DNA of 63,844 nt, filler included, from Octopus bimaculoides (GCF_001194135.2; 5 parts of 5 records of this genome joined end to end with filler, not necessarily neighbours in it); one strand, 5' to 3'; positions 39,214-51,207 are shown, numbered from the whole stretch's first letter. Notes: generated by a model from the letters alone, not told the origin. Numbers and translations: made by a program.

Positions 39214-39415
39214 CGGGTTGCCGTTTTGACACTGTCGTCGAGATCAAGAGCGAATCGCAGAAGGTCCTCGATTCGCTTACGGAAAACGACTTCCAGACCG
39301 GATTCCAAAAGTGGCAGGAACACTGCGACCGGAGTATTGTTGCACAAGATGACTATTTCGGAAGTATTTATTTTATTAAACATAACTAGTCCGCGAACCT
39401 TTTGATACTACCTCG
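39214..39415 (+). mobile_element. mariner 3' end with TIR
   Basis: GCRFDTVVEIKSESQKVLDSLTENDFQTGFQKWQEHCDRSIVAQDDYF; ends ttttgatactacctcg|TA. Confidence 0.88.
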
Positions 39416-40228
39416 TATGAAGGCATGAAATAACAAATATATCCTCTGCATTTCTCATTATGTAATGAGGCTTGGACTCTGCATTTTAGCCTGACCCCAC
39501 TCCCGATGTAAAGATAAGATCTATATGGTAGTATGGTATAGGAGTTTAATATCGGCCCAATTACTGAGTCCAGAATTCACGGGTGTTGTGTACGATACCT
39601 CTCTATCAGGTATGACCACTTTTGCACTCCTCTACTCTTACCTTTTAAAATATTCTTCTTTAAGCGCCTGCAACCGAGATATAGTACCCCCATGTAACAG
39701 TGGCGGTCTCAAAATAATGAAAACACACAATATAGCAAAAGTCCATATCCTAGGACCTCGACAGCTTTCAACGGTCTATGCAATCGTTCGGTCGACCGGA
39801 AAATCTCGAGTACTCCTATTTAAACTACACTTATTTGCTTTCATAAGCGCAGGAATTACAGAAGTGGTGTTTCATTGTTGGAAACGCTCATGGTACCCCA
39901 ACAACCACAAGGTTCATTGTTAGTTTTTGGTTCCTGAATAAAACAAAAATGCAAAGAAAAAAAAACGTACTCCAGCATGGCCGCAGTCAAATTACTGAAA
40001 CAAGTAAAAGAGTTAAAGAGTAACAAAAAAATCCCGTCACATCAAATTTTCTAGCGACAGTCGCTTGTGTAACTAGAGTATCAATTGAAGTCTTGGAAGT
40101 CGTTAAACATTAGCGATAGATATGACTGTAGGCTTAAAAGTTTATTTCTCAGCTGCACATGTTCGAATTCGGTCCTATTGCATAGAGATATATATGCTTT
40201 TATAGTCTTGGGTTGATTAATACCGTGT

Positions 40229-40352
40229 AAATGAATGTTATATTGTCATTAAAGAATCCCAAGTTAACTCGTCGGAGATGTAAATTAAATTTTGATTTTA
40301 CATCTCCGTTGAATTAACATGGGATCCCTTAACGACAATGTAACCTTCATTT
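40229..40352. repeat. Imperfect hairpin, about 55-bp arms with a 12-nt loop
   Basis: aaatgaatgttatattgtcattaaagaatcccaagttaactcgtcggagatgtaaa pairs with tttacatctccgttgaattaacatgggatcccttaacgacaatgtaaccttcattt. Confidence 0.9.
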
Positions 40353-40367
40353 AACTAGGATATCTTC

Positions 40368-40449
40368 GGCCTGATGAGAGCTAGTGGAGTACCCCTCATT
40401 ATGTAACTATTACTTCTGAGGTTCTGCTAGTTAGGAAATATATGTAGCC
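40368..40449 (+). ncRNA. Type I hammerhead ribozyme motif, intact core, with tandemly duplicated 3' half (to 40508)
   Basis: GGC-CTGATGA-GAGCTAGTGGAG...TTCTGCTAGTTAG-GAAA-TATATG-TA-GCC; second 3' half TTCTGCTAGCTTG-GAAA-CATATG-TA-GCT 59 bp downstream. Confidence 0.78.
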
Positions 40450-40754
40450 TGGATTTTACCTGCTCCATTCCTTTCCAAAGTTCTGCTAGCTTGGAAACAT
40501 ATGTAGCTTAGATTTTACCTGCTTCATTCCCTCAACTTGGATTTTTATTTGCATTAATAGCAACCCTAATAGCTAACCGTGAACTATAGAAAAACATTTT
40601 TCAGTTTATTGAATTTCGATATGGGAAAAACTTACAACTTTCTACGCCAATAAACTATTATTGTTCCTGAAAATTATTTTTTATACTTACTACGGACTGC
40701 TCGAAGCTTTCTAATTTCCTACACCTATATCTCTGGATCTTACAATTACGTATC

Positions 40755-40789
<35 letters not shown>

Positions 40790-41383
40790 NNNNNNNNNNN
40801 NNNNNNNNNNNNNNNNNNNNNNNNNNNNNNNNNNNNNNNNNNNNNNNNNNNNNNNNNNNNNNNNNNNNNNNNNNNNNNNNNNNNNNNNNNNNNNNNNNNN
40901 NNNNNNNNNNNNNNNNNNNNNNNNNNNNNNNNNNNNNNNNNNNNNNNNNNNNNNNNNNNNNNNNNNNNNNNNNNNNNNNNNNNNNNNNNNNNNNNNNNNN
41001 NNNNNNNNNNNNNNNNNNNNNNNNNNNNNNNNNNNNNNNNNNNNNNNNNNNNNNNNNNNNNNNNNNNNNNNNNNNNNNNNNNNNNNNNNNNNNNNNNNNN
41101 NNNNNNNNNNNNNNNNNNNNNNNNNNNCTTTCTTTCTTTCTTTCTTTCTTTCTTTCTCTGACCGTCTACTAATACTTTACATGTACCACGTCCTCGCGTT
41201 GTTGTTTTTTGTGTTTGTTGTTTTTTTTTTGGATTTACATGTATATCTGCGTGTGTGTAAGTGTGCGCGCGTGCGCGTGTGTGAGTTTGTGTGTTGGTGT
41301 TAACATGCTTATAAGGTTATACAAAACACGTGGTTCGATTCCCTTAGGTGACGTTATAAATTTTTCTGTCACACAAAAAAGAC

Positions 41384-41417
<34 letters not shown>

Positions 41418-42299
41418 GCACCCACACACACGCACGCACGCACGCACAATATGGTTAGGTGACCATGAATGTGTATGGGTGGGTGTGCATGAGTGTTGAG
41501 TTTGTATGCAAGAAAGGTATAGGCAAGTGTTTAAGTATACACATATTCACATTTAGGACTTGCACAACTTTGTCTATAACCAGGATCATTTCGTCTTTCT
41601 ACCGGATTAAAAGATAAATACATAGATAAGTAGAGTTCATTGCTGTCTGTTATCTCTAGATTTACTATTACTTTAATCTGATTTTCTGTGTATCTTATGG
41701 ATTCAAGCTGTCTACGAACTCTTAAACATTTATTTTTCTTGTCGTTGACTTTTATCGCTAATTTGAACCAGATTTTAACAGTTGAACCACATTTTAAAAT
41801 TCGGTTCAAATCTTGCAATACAATTTGGCTTATGACCTAGGATTTACTGATTGGTTGTATTTCGTCAGAAAATCTTAATCAATTGTGACATAGTAAGATT
41901 AACTAATAATGTACTTTGTTAATGATTTTCAAGACGGAGATGCACGTGAAAAATATTACAATTATATGGCGGATGAATATCAAATGAAAGTTATTAGGAA
42001 GAAATTTTTAATTTATAGGTTTCTCTTTCGTCTGATGTAAAAGGCTGTTATCGCTGCTAGTGCTGTTATTGTTGTTTTTTAGTCCTATGTAAGACCTGAT
42101 CCAGCAGACCTATGATTAAAGGCGTTCCAGTCGTAACCATCCCGTGATTTTGTATATCAAGAGTTAAATTTCTAAATATTACTTTTAAAATAGTAGAATG
42201 GCTAACCACACAACCATTTTAAGGCCGGTTAACCGCGTCGTGCGTGTTTGTGTGTGTGTGTGTGTGGGGGATGCTGTGATGTATATGCGTATGTAAGTA

Positions 42300-43435
42300 C
42301 CTGGTTTTTCCCTAAAATGGATACCTGCATTGAATATTTACATAATCAGTACTTATTAAGATACATTTCATTTTCAAAATTTAATAGAATTTACAATCAA
42401 AATTTAATTTTTTTATGAACACCTGTTTTCAAACCGGTGACCAATCTGGTCTAGGCACTTGTTGAAGCAATGGAGTCGCAATCATCAAGAAACAGTTTGT
42501 TCGGTATTTGTGCATATTTTCGTTCAATCACTGCCCTCAATTCGTTGACTGTTGCAAATTTTGTATTGTAAACTTTATCTTTTAAGCTTCCTCTTAAAAA
42601 AAAAGCATTGTGGAATTTTGCTGGAAATAAAACTCTATGTACATCTTCAAAGCTCTCTTGAATGTTTATCATAACTCTGTCGCAGCAATTTCAAGTAAAT
42701 GGAACCAGTCACAGTACGTTAACAGAGAATGGTCCAACTAATCCTTTTGATGATAAGCTGCACCATACTGTAATTCCTAGTAAATTAACTCGATGTTCCT
42801 CCATAATACACGGATTCCTGGGTCCCCAGTAGATGCAGCTGTAGCGGTTAATCGAGTCATTTAATATAAATGTACCCCGATCACCCAAAGCAATCTTTCT
42901 CGGAAAGCGTGCATCTTCTACACATCATTGCCAAGAACCACTTGCAAAACTCCACTTTTTGGTGCAGATAATCTCCATTGAGAGCATGGACTATTCCTGG
43001 AATGTAACTTTTCGAAAGACAGCGCTTGAAAATGCAACGGCCACTTAATTTTGAAAATGTCACTCACAACTTGCTTGGAACACAGATTTTCTTGATCTCT
43101 GGTAATACGTTTCCAGTACATTTCCGTGTTTTGTGCGATTCGTCGATGTCTGCGATTTTCCTGAACATTTCTTTTCGATATCAACAATTTTACCTGCTTC
43201 AAACTTATCTCTAATTCGAGCTGTGGTGCGTCACGTGGGTGGATACTGTTTGAAACTCCTTAAAATTTCTTCGTACTTTGCATTTTCAAACATCCAATAG
43301 CACTTTAGGAAAAAATTCCTTTGTTCAAAGCTTAACCTGGGACTCATCATTACTTCTAATGGGTTAAATCTAAGCAGAAATGAAAATTGAGTTATCAGCT
43401 GTTAAAGTGTGTATACATTTTTCGGGGACACTCTG
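42300..43435 (-). mobile_element. Decayed near-full-length Tc1/mariner-superfamily transposon (Tc3/maT-like transposase)
   Basis: Frames give SKSYIPGIVHALNGD...[27 protein letters not shown]...[28 protein letters not shown]; TA-flanked ends CAGAGTGTCCCCGAAAAATGTATAC and CCTGGTTTTTCCCTAAAATGGATAC (16/25 identical). Confidence 0.88.
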
Positions 43436-45807
43436 TAAAAGAGTTCGTATTCCATGTTTTCGTATTTCGTAGTTCATGTTGTTTACGTTTTATGACGTCC
43501 TGTACCCATATATGTATATGTATATACATATATATGCAAGTATGTATATATATATATACATATATATATANNNNNNNNNNNNNNNNNNNNNNNNNNNNNN
43601 NNNNNNNNNNNNNNNNNNNNNNNNNNNNNNNNNNNNNNNNNNNNNNNNNNNNNNNNNNNNNNNNNNNNNNNNNNNNNNNNNNNNNNNNNNNNNNNNNNNN
43701 NNNNNNNNNNNNNNNNNNNNNNNNNNNNNNNNNNNNNNNNNNNNNNNNNNNNNNNNNNNNNNNNNNNNNNNNNNNNNNNNNNNNNNNNNNNNNNNNNNNN
43801 NNNNNNNNNNNNNNNNNNNNNNNNNNNNNNNNNNNNNNNNNNNNNNNNNNNNNNNNNNNNNNNNNNNNNNNNNNNNNNNNNNNNNNNNNNNNNNNNNNNN
43901 NNNNNNNNNNNNNNNNNNNNNNNNNNNNNNNNNNNNNNNNNNNNNNNNNNNNNNNNNNNNNNNNNNNNNNNNNNNNNNNNNNNNNNNNNNNNNNNNNNNN
44001 NNNNNNNNNNNNNNNNNNNNNNNNNNNNNNNNNNNNNNNNNNNNNNNNNNNNNNNNNNNNNNNNNNNNNNNNNNNNNNNNNNNNNNNNNNNNNNNNNNNN
44101 NNNNNNNNNNNNNNNNNNNNNNNNNNNNNNNNNNNNNNNNNNNNNNNNNNNNNNNNNNNNNNNNNNNNNNNNNNNNNNNNNNNNNNNNNNNNNNNNNNNN
44201 NNNNNNNNNNNNNNNNNNNNNNNNNNNNNNNNNNNNNNNNNNNNNNNNNNNNNNNNNNNNNNNNNNNNNNNNNNNNNNNNNNNNNNNNNNNNNNNNNNNN
44301 NNNNNNNNNNNNNNNNNNNNNNNNNNNNNNNNNNNNNNNNNNNNNNNNNNNNNNNNNNNNNNNNNNNNNNNNNNNNNNNNNNNNNNNNNNNNNNNNNNNN
44401 NNNNNNNNNNNNNNNNNNNNNNNNNNNNNNNNNNNNNNNNNNNNNNNNNNNNNNNNNNNNNNNNNNNNNNNNNNNNNNNNNNNNNNNNNNNNNNNNNNNN
44501 NNNNNNNNNNNNNNNNNNNNNNNNNNNNNNNNNNNNNNNNNNNNNNNNNNNNNNNNNNNNNTATATATATATATATATATATATATATGATTTTAGAACA
44601 TGACTTGCTGAATGAAGACAAAAGTATTTAACTGCTTTTCGATTACATAAACGATAATAGTTCATAATGTCCATAATTTTTACTAAGAAGCAAGTCGACA
44701 CTTCTTATGAATATTTATAGCATCCTGCCTTAGCAATAGATCAGCATTAGTTTGGCAGAAACGTTAGAGTATCTAGCCAAATTGTTCACAGTATTTAGTT
44801 TCATCCCTCTACAGATTGAATCCAAATTTTACCTTTCATGAATTTAATGTTAATGTCAATAAAAGTAATAGCAGTAATATATTTCTCTCCAATGAAAATT
44901 AGCCTTGATCCGAATAAAATACATTTTTTTTTAATGAACGATACAGCTTCCTTATGACATAACTACAAGTAAGAAAATGTGGTCTGGTAAGGTAATGGAA
45001 GACAGACGTGTGAGATAATAAGAAATGAAATGATAGAAAGCAGTAAAGCAAACTGTCTGGAAAATGGAAGAGATAAAATTTATGTCGTGATGGGATTAGT
45101 AAACAATAGGTTTGATTCATAACATCTCAAAGAATCAAAAGCTATCAAACAAGCGCTAAGCCACTCAGTTTTCTTATGATATATTAGAGTTTGCAATTTC
45201 ACGAAGAGAAAAATAATATTGTTTGAAGCCTAAAAAAAAAGCGGGTCATTGATCTGAGAAAAGATACTTTATAAAATGGGTGGAATATGAAGATGTGTGC
45301 TGCGATCACTTTCAATCACTAAATATGTTTTATTTAACTTAACAAATATGCTGCTGATTTTTGTTTTACTTCTATCACGTTTTTACCTGTTTTCGTTTTG
45401 GCGTAAAATAAACTGAAAAAAGTCAATTTTGGAAGAAAAAAAAACTGTAAATCAAGAAGCGAGGAAGTGTTGGGTATAAATAAAAGGCGTCTTCTATAAC
45501 AGAATACTATGAAATATCGTTGATTTGTGACAGGAAAAAAGGTGAATCTTTGAATTAGGGGCGTAGTTTCAAATAAGTTCTTTCCGGAAATGAATGAAAA
45601 GCCCCACAAAATGAGGACTGCCAAAGAGTTGACGCTCATAAGCATGTTCCAGGCACGGAATAAAAGAAAAGCGAACAGTCGAAATCAACCGGTGACACCT
45701 TTGATTTATATAAAAGATTACTGTTTGGATTAAGGTGAAAAGCAAACAAGGAAACTACCTAATATTGACTCACGAATCATTGAAGATATATCAACATGCG
45801 AACGCAC

Positions 45808-45891
<84 letters not shown>

Positions 45892-46227
45892 ATATATATG
45901 TGTGTGCGTCCACATAAGAAAACTCATGCACATCTGATGTATAGAATTATTTTTTTAAGTTCACAAAATTTGTACATATGTACACACTCACGTATGTTCA
46001 TATAATGATTGCACATAAGGATTTATTTTGACTAGACACTGACAGATTTTTATAAAGAAGAGACGTTAGTTCATTGCGTTGACCCAAATATTCTTTAAGT
46101 AGTATAAACCAACCTTACTCTAGGGTACGAAAAAGCTCTATACATTCTTTTTTTAACAATAAAGTAAGTTAATGTTAAACTTCTAAATTGTAAGTTCACT
46201 ACAGCTTTACCTACCATTATATTACAG

Positions 46228-46420
46228 TTTTACATGTTTCAGTAATTTTGACCGTGGCCATGCTGGAGCACCGCCTTTTAATCGATGAGGTCGACCCCAG
46301 GAATTATTCTTTGTAAGCCTGGTACTTATTCTATCAGTTTATCTTGACGAACCGCTAAGTTACGGGGACGTAAACACACCAAGATCGGTTGTCAAGTGAT
46401 GATGGAGGAACAAACACACA
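46228..46420 (-). mobile_element. OR-type SINE, 3' part
   Basis: Reverse complement of the standard tail (ggccatgctggagcaccgcc...aaccgctaagttacggggacgtaaacac). Confidence 0.88.
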
Positions 46421-46473
46421 AATACACACACACACACGCACACACACACACGCACACACTCACACACACACAT

Positions 46474-46504
<31 letters not shown>

Positions 46505-46572
46505 AGAATAAAATAATATTTATACACANNNNNNNNNNNNNNNNNNNNNNNNNNNNNNNNNNNNNNNNNNNN

Positions 46573-46584
46573 TTAATTAATTAA
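46573..46584. other. Assembly join spacer TTAATTAATTAA
   Basis: Centre of a 44N-12-44N spacer. Confidence 0.9.
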
Positions 46585-47154
46585 NNNNNNNNNNNNNNNN
46601 NNNNNNNNNNNNNNNNNNNNNNNNNNNNCAAATGTATCAAATTTAACGATTATTTTATGTTGCTATTTTTAACACACAAGCACACAGACACAGATACAGA
46701 AACAGACACACACACAGACACACACACAAACACACACACACACGCACACGCACACACACACACACACACAGAGACGTATCCTGTTTCATTTATTCAAAGT
46801 TTACATCAGCAGGAAATCTTATTGCTAGTTCTGCATATGCATTGTTTTCCTCGCTTACTGACACCAAATTCAACACATAGATCAAAGATTTTACAGTAAT
46901 TAAATTTGTATTAGCATAATACATATCAATATATTGCATCATTATTATTGATATACAACATCTGTAGTAATTAATTAAATTAGCTAATTTATTTTAGTCC
47001 ATAAAGTAATAGTTTAACTTGTGCATTTCAATAAGATACTCACATTTGTCGTTCCACTCTTAAAGTAATCTTTACTAATTCTTGTTTAAATTAACTTTCA
47101 TATGCATTCCATTATTCTAACAGTCATAAATAACAATTACAATGTTTAAAATAA

Positions 47155-47160
47155 TTTATT
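47155..47160 (-). promoter_or_regulatory. Candidate polyadenylation signal of the TLR
   Basis: AATAAA on the minus strand about 72 nt after the TGA; the region is very AT-rich, so a chance match is possible. Confidence 0.35.
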
Positions 47161-47231
47161 GTCTACCTTATTAAAATTATAAGCATTTTTCTTGATGACT
47201 GTAAATTGTAATTATAACAAATTTAAGGACA

Positions 47232-47472
47232 TCAGTCTTTTAGCTGTAAAGAATGTTTTAGATTTTTCCAGAACATTTCTTGAGCAATTTCATTTTCTTT
47301 TGGAAATTCAATGTAACTCTGATTCTTTATCTGTTCAAGTATTGGTAATGGCAGCTGTCTGTGTGGTACCTGCTCCAGTACCACAATAATTACTATATTT
47401 CTTTCGGTATGAATATATTCCATTTTAGCTAAGTTATATTCAAACATACACCATTTACTTTCCACAAAATAT
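47232..47472 (-). CDS. Toll-like receptor, terminal exon encoding the C-terminal half of the TIR domain
   Basis: YFVESKWCMFEYNLAKME...NIVIIVVLEQVP...ILEQIKNQSYIEFP...FWKNLKHSL* has the TIR S.WC.FE, hydrophobic beta-strand, YIE.P and FW motifs; preceded by the acceptor ttattttgttctcttgcag (phase 2). Confidence 0.92.
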
Positions 47473-47779
47473 CTGCAAGAGAACAAAATAAAATATCAAT
47501 GAACAATTCCGTATGTCAATAGTTTCTTAAAGCTTCAAATAAACTTCTAATAAAAGAACTGATATTGCTATTTGTAGTTTCATACTGTTCATTTTCCCAA
47601 TATTATTTTATATTATCAGATGTACTCGTTATACTGATTATGTAGAAACATTTTTGTTAAACTTGTGCGACTCAACTTACTGCACTTTATTGTGCAGTAG
47701 ATTTGTAATTCCGTTCGCATAAATTTTCATTTTAACAAAGACAAATGCCTAAATTCGAACTGTTCCATGTTTTCTATGA

Positions 47780-48460
47780 TGTGCGAAATTTTAGAAACTC
47801 TTAACTATTATTTGAATAGAAATATTTTTAAGATGTAATATTTCGATATATTTTTGTATTTTGGAACTTCCACCCCCATTGAAAACTGGTAGGTGACCAT
47901 TATTCCCTACTGAAGGAAGAGTTTTGTAAATGTAAACTATGTTGTGGAAACAGTCTATTAATTGCAATTTTCACGTTAGTAGAAAGATGATGACTGGTAG
48001 AAATTGCCGGAAATCGCGAGACAACAAAATTCTGAATCCACCCACGATATTGGTGGTATTTCGGAACCTGTTAAAGGGCAACTGAGGGTTTCAAAGACAA
48101 GTTTTATCTCATAACTACAGCTTAAGAATATTCAGCTGTCCAGATATTTTGGCAATATTAGATACAGGATTGTGTGCAATGTTGTATTGTAGTTTAATAC
48201 GAGAATGAATATCCTATGGAATTTCAAATGACACCAATGCAATAGTAATGTACTTGAGTGAATTTTGCCAAAATTATGTTGATCAAATAGATTATCCCTT
48301 TAACCTAGAAACGTCATAGAAAACTATTCTAACCAAGTTAGACGCCACCAACAGTTTAATACTTGTATAAGTTTTATTATTTTTATCTGAAACCAGGAAT
48401 AGTTAAATTAGTGGGCATATGTTCCAGTTGTTGGATATCGTAGTTTATTGTCTAAAGAAT
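47780..48460 (-). pseudogene. Decayed LRR-coding sequence (TLR ectodomain-like) with stops and frameshifts
   Basis: Manual translation gives LEHMPTNLTIPGFR*K, RLTWLE*FSM, LILPKYLDS*IFLSCSYEIKLVF...PLTGSE...EFCCLAISGNF and KYIEILHLKNISIQII, in the same order as motifs in molluscan TLR ectodomains. Confidence 0.55.
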
Positions 48461-48763
48461 CTCTTGGCATTAACATACATACATACATACATACATACAT
48501 ACAGTCAAAAATACCCTGTTGTCCATGTTGGAATTCCAATAAAGTTAACCTTGTATCTATGTTACAAGCCGTTTCTTTCTCTATTGGAAAGAAATCTTGG
48601 AATAAACTAAATAATGACATACATACATACATGCATACATGCATACATACATACATACATACANNNNNNNNNNNNNNNNNNNNNNNNNNNNNNNNNNNNN
48701 NNNNNNNNNNNNNNNNNNNNNNNNNNNNNNNNNNNNNNNNNNNNNNNNNNNNNNNNNNNNNNN

Positions 48764-49656
48764 GATGTATAATTTAGATAAAATGCTTCTCTCGCATATA
48801 AGGGCATTCCAAGATTATTCCTAGCAATGATATTACTGAGGGCAAGATATTCAAGATGATGAGTTGACTGGAAACTTTTGAAGAAATTATTGTCTCCATC
48901 ACGAACATTATTATATGAAATATCTAGAACTGTTAGATTATTTAAATATTGAAATGATTTTTTATTAATTACATGTATTTCAGAGTAACTGAGATTCAAG
49001 TAGACGACATATGGTATATTCTGAAAGGAGCCACCCGTGAGAGTGTACAACATTGATTTATTCCGCTTTGTAGCAAAGCTAACATACTTTAAGTTTGACA
49101 GTTTTGTATACTCCACTCCAAAGTAACTATATTTATTACCTGTCATAGATAATTGTTCCAGTGAAGTTAAATGAGAAATAGTTTTACCGATATAAGTCGT
49201 AGATATGTTTGATAAGTTACCTCGTAATTTCAGAATTTTCACCTTAGTTAAATTTTGAAAGAGCTTTATAGGAAAAGAAACATAATTGATAGATAGTCGG
49301 TTGTACTCCAACGAGAGTTCTTTCAAGGACCACAAACCTTGAAAGGTGGTCGGTTGAAAACATTCAAGAAGATTATCATCAAGTTTCAGCACCTCTAATA
49401 AATTTAAATGTCTCAAGCTATCCGCTGGAATACTTTTAATACGATTTCGACTTAAATCTATTGACGTAGCATTCTTTGGAAAAGTATCAGGTATTTGAGT
49501 TAGATTTTGGTCTGTACAGATTACAGTACAGCGGTTGAAAATAATCTCAGTACAGTTGCAAACATCAGGGCAGTCTGTTCGACAATTTGCAGTCACTTTA
49601 ATAAATGTTTTCATGAAGTAAGCAAAAGCTAAAATGAATATTCCCTTCATTGCCAT
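48764..49656 (-). CDS. Toll-like receptor ectodomain, 5' part (signal peptide, LRRNT, about 9 LRRs); 3' end lost in a gap
   Basis: About 297 uninterrupted codons: hydrophobic leader, CPDVCNC...VIC.DQNLTQIP cap, repeated LxxLxLxxNxL units (ATSIDLSRNRI, LEVLKLDDNLL, LKELSLEYNRL, LTVLDISYNNV), many N-glycosylation sequons; same strand as the TIR exon. Confidence 0.92.
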
Positions 49657-50074
49657 GTAGATATCTTCATGCCTATAATAAAAGAAATATAAATAGTTTT
49701 AGCTTGGCAATATTTAGTGGAAATCTATGATAGCTCAAAGTCTGATTAAATATGCACATAATAGACAGAAAGAAATATATCTTACATACAAGTGATAAGG
49801 GAAAATTAAAAAACAGGAATATATTTGTTGCTAATCTTAAGCGAGATGTAATTGAAAATATATAATTTTTAATGTCATATAAAATATGATAAAATAACGA
49901 ACGCAAGTGTTTTAAGGAGTTAATGTATGGATATATACATACAGTTGTTTCAGTGTAGTTTATTCACTTCATAATATTTTACCAATTAGTAGTATTCATT
50001 TATACACATTTCCTAGTAATACCACTAGATAGAGAAGTTAAACGTTGGGAAACTAAAATCATAGCGGCCAGACG

Positions 50075-50595
50075 AACGAGTGTGGATGTTGGGTCGAAGG
50101 TCGCGGAAATGTTTGAGTGCACGCAGCCCCTCGTGGTGAGGGATTACCGTGTAAGAGCTCTGGATTTCAAGAGTGAAAAGAAGTTTAGAGGGGCCAGGAG
50201 GGAAGGAGAAAGAGGTAAACAAATGAAGCGCATGGTTGGTGTCATGGATGTGAGAGGGGAGGGAAGCCACAAGGGGGCGGCAAGGACACGGTCAAGATAT
50301 CTGGAGATGAGTTCGGTGGGGCAGTTTCAGGCGGAGACGATGGGGCGGCCAGTGTTGTTAGGTTTGTGGATTTGGGAGAGGAAGTAAATAGTGGGAGTGC
50401 GAGGGGTGCGGATAATGAGGTTGGAGGTACTGGGGGAGACGGGAGGAGGAGATGAGGTCATGGATAGTGGAGGACACAGTCTGTTGGTAGCTGGGCATGG
50501 AGTCAGAGGGCAGAGGGCAGTAGAAGAAGGTGACTTGAAGTTGGCGGAGAGCTTCCGCCTTGTAGAGGTCCGCACGCCACACCACCACGATGAAC
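50075..50595 (-). mobile_element. Penelope-like (Neptune-type) reverse transcriptase fragment
   Basis: VVWRADLYKAEALRQL, TPRTPTIYFLSQIHKPNNTGRPIVSA, SLPSHIHDTNHAL, LLFTLEIQSSYTVIPHHEGL. Confidence 0.9.
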
Positions 50596-51207
50596 TACTT
50601 GAGATACTTAGTCAGCGCCATGAAACGTGAGAAAATATGATGCGTTTTTCACATTTTCTAATATTGTATACATGTACACGTAGCTTTAAATGTAAAAAGT
50701 GTCATCTTCAATAGAATTTCTTAATTTGTCGTACATGTATATTTTAGCTGACATTTTAATTGCCAGCATCAGTATCCATTACGCATTTAAGATAAGGTAC
50801 GGTAGGATAGGGTATTGAGATATTTTGAATGAGGAGGGTGGTCGATGCGGTAGGTGAAGTAGCTAAAGGATGTCGATGCAGAAGGAAAAGTGGATAAAGT
50901 GGATGTCGATGTAGAAGGAAAAATGGCTGAAGTGGGTCGATATGGAAAGAGAAGTGGTTAAAGGGGGTCGATGGTCGGAAAAGTTTGGTGAGCCCCTACT
51001 TTATATGTTCTCAAGAAATATTAGTCGTCTTAGAAAAGCAGAGTAAAGAACCAATAGGGTGCTCTACAGTGGAGACTACAATATGTTGGGGGTATTTAAT
51101 ATAGTTTAGAAGCCATAGTTACGAGATATATATACGTACACACACACACACACGGATGCACGCACACACGCACACACACATATTCACACACACACTCATG
51201 ATTATTT

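Noticed and set aside
39525-39923. 132-aa ORF as a gene
   Set aside because: No recognisable domain or splice context; the length is compatible with chance.
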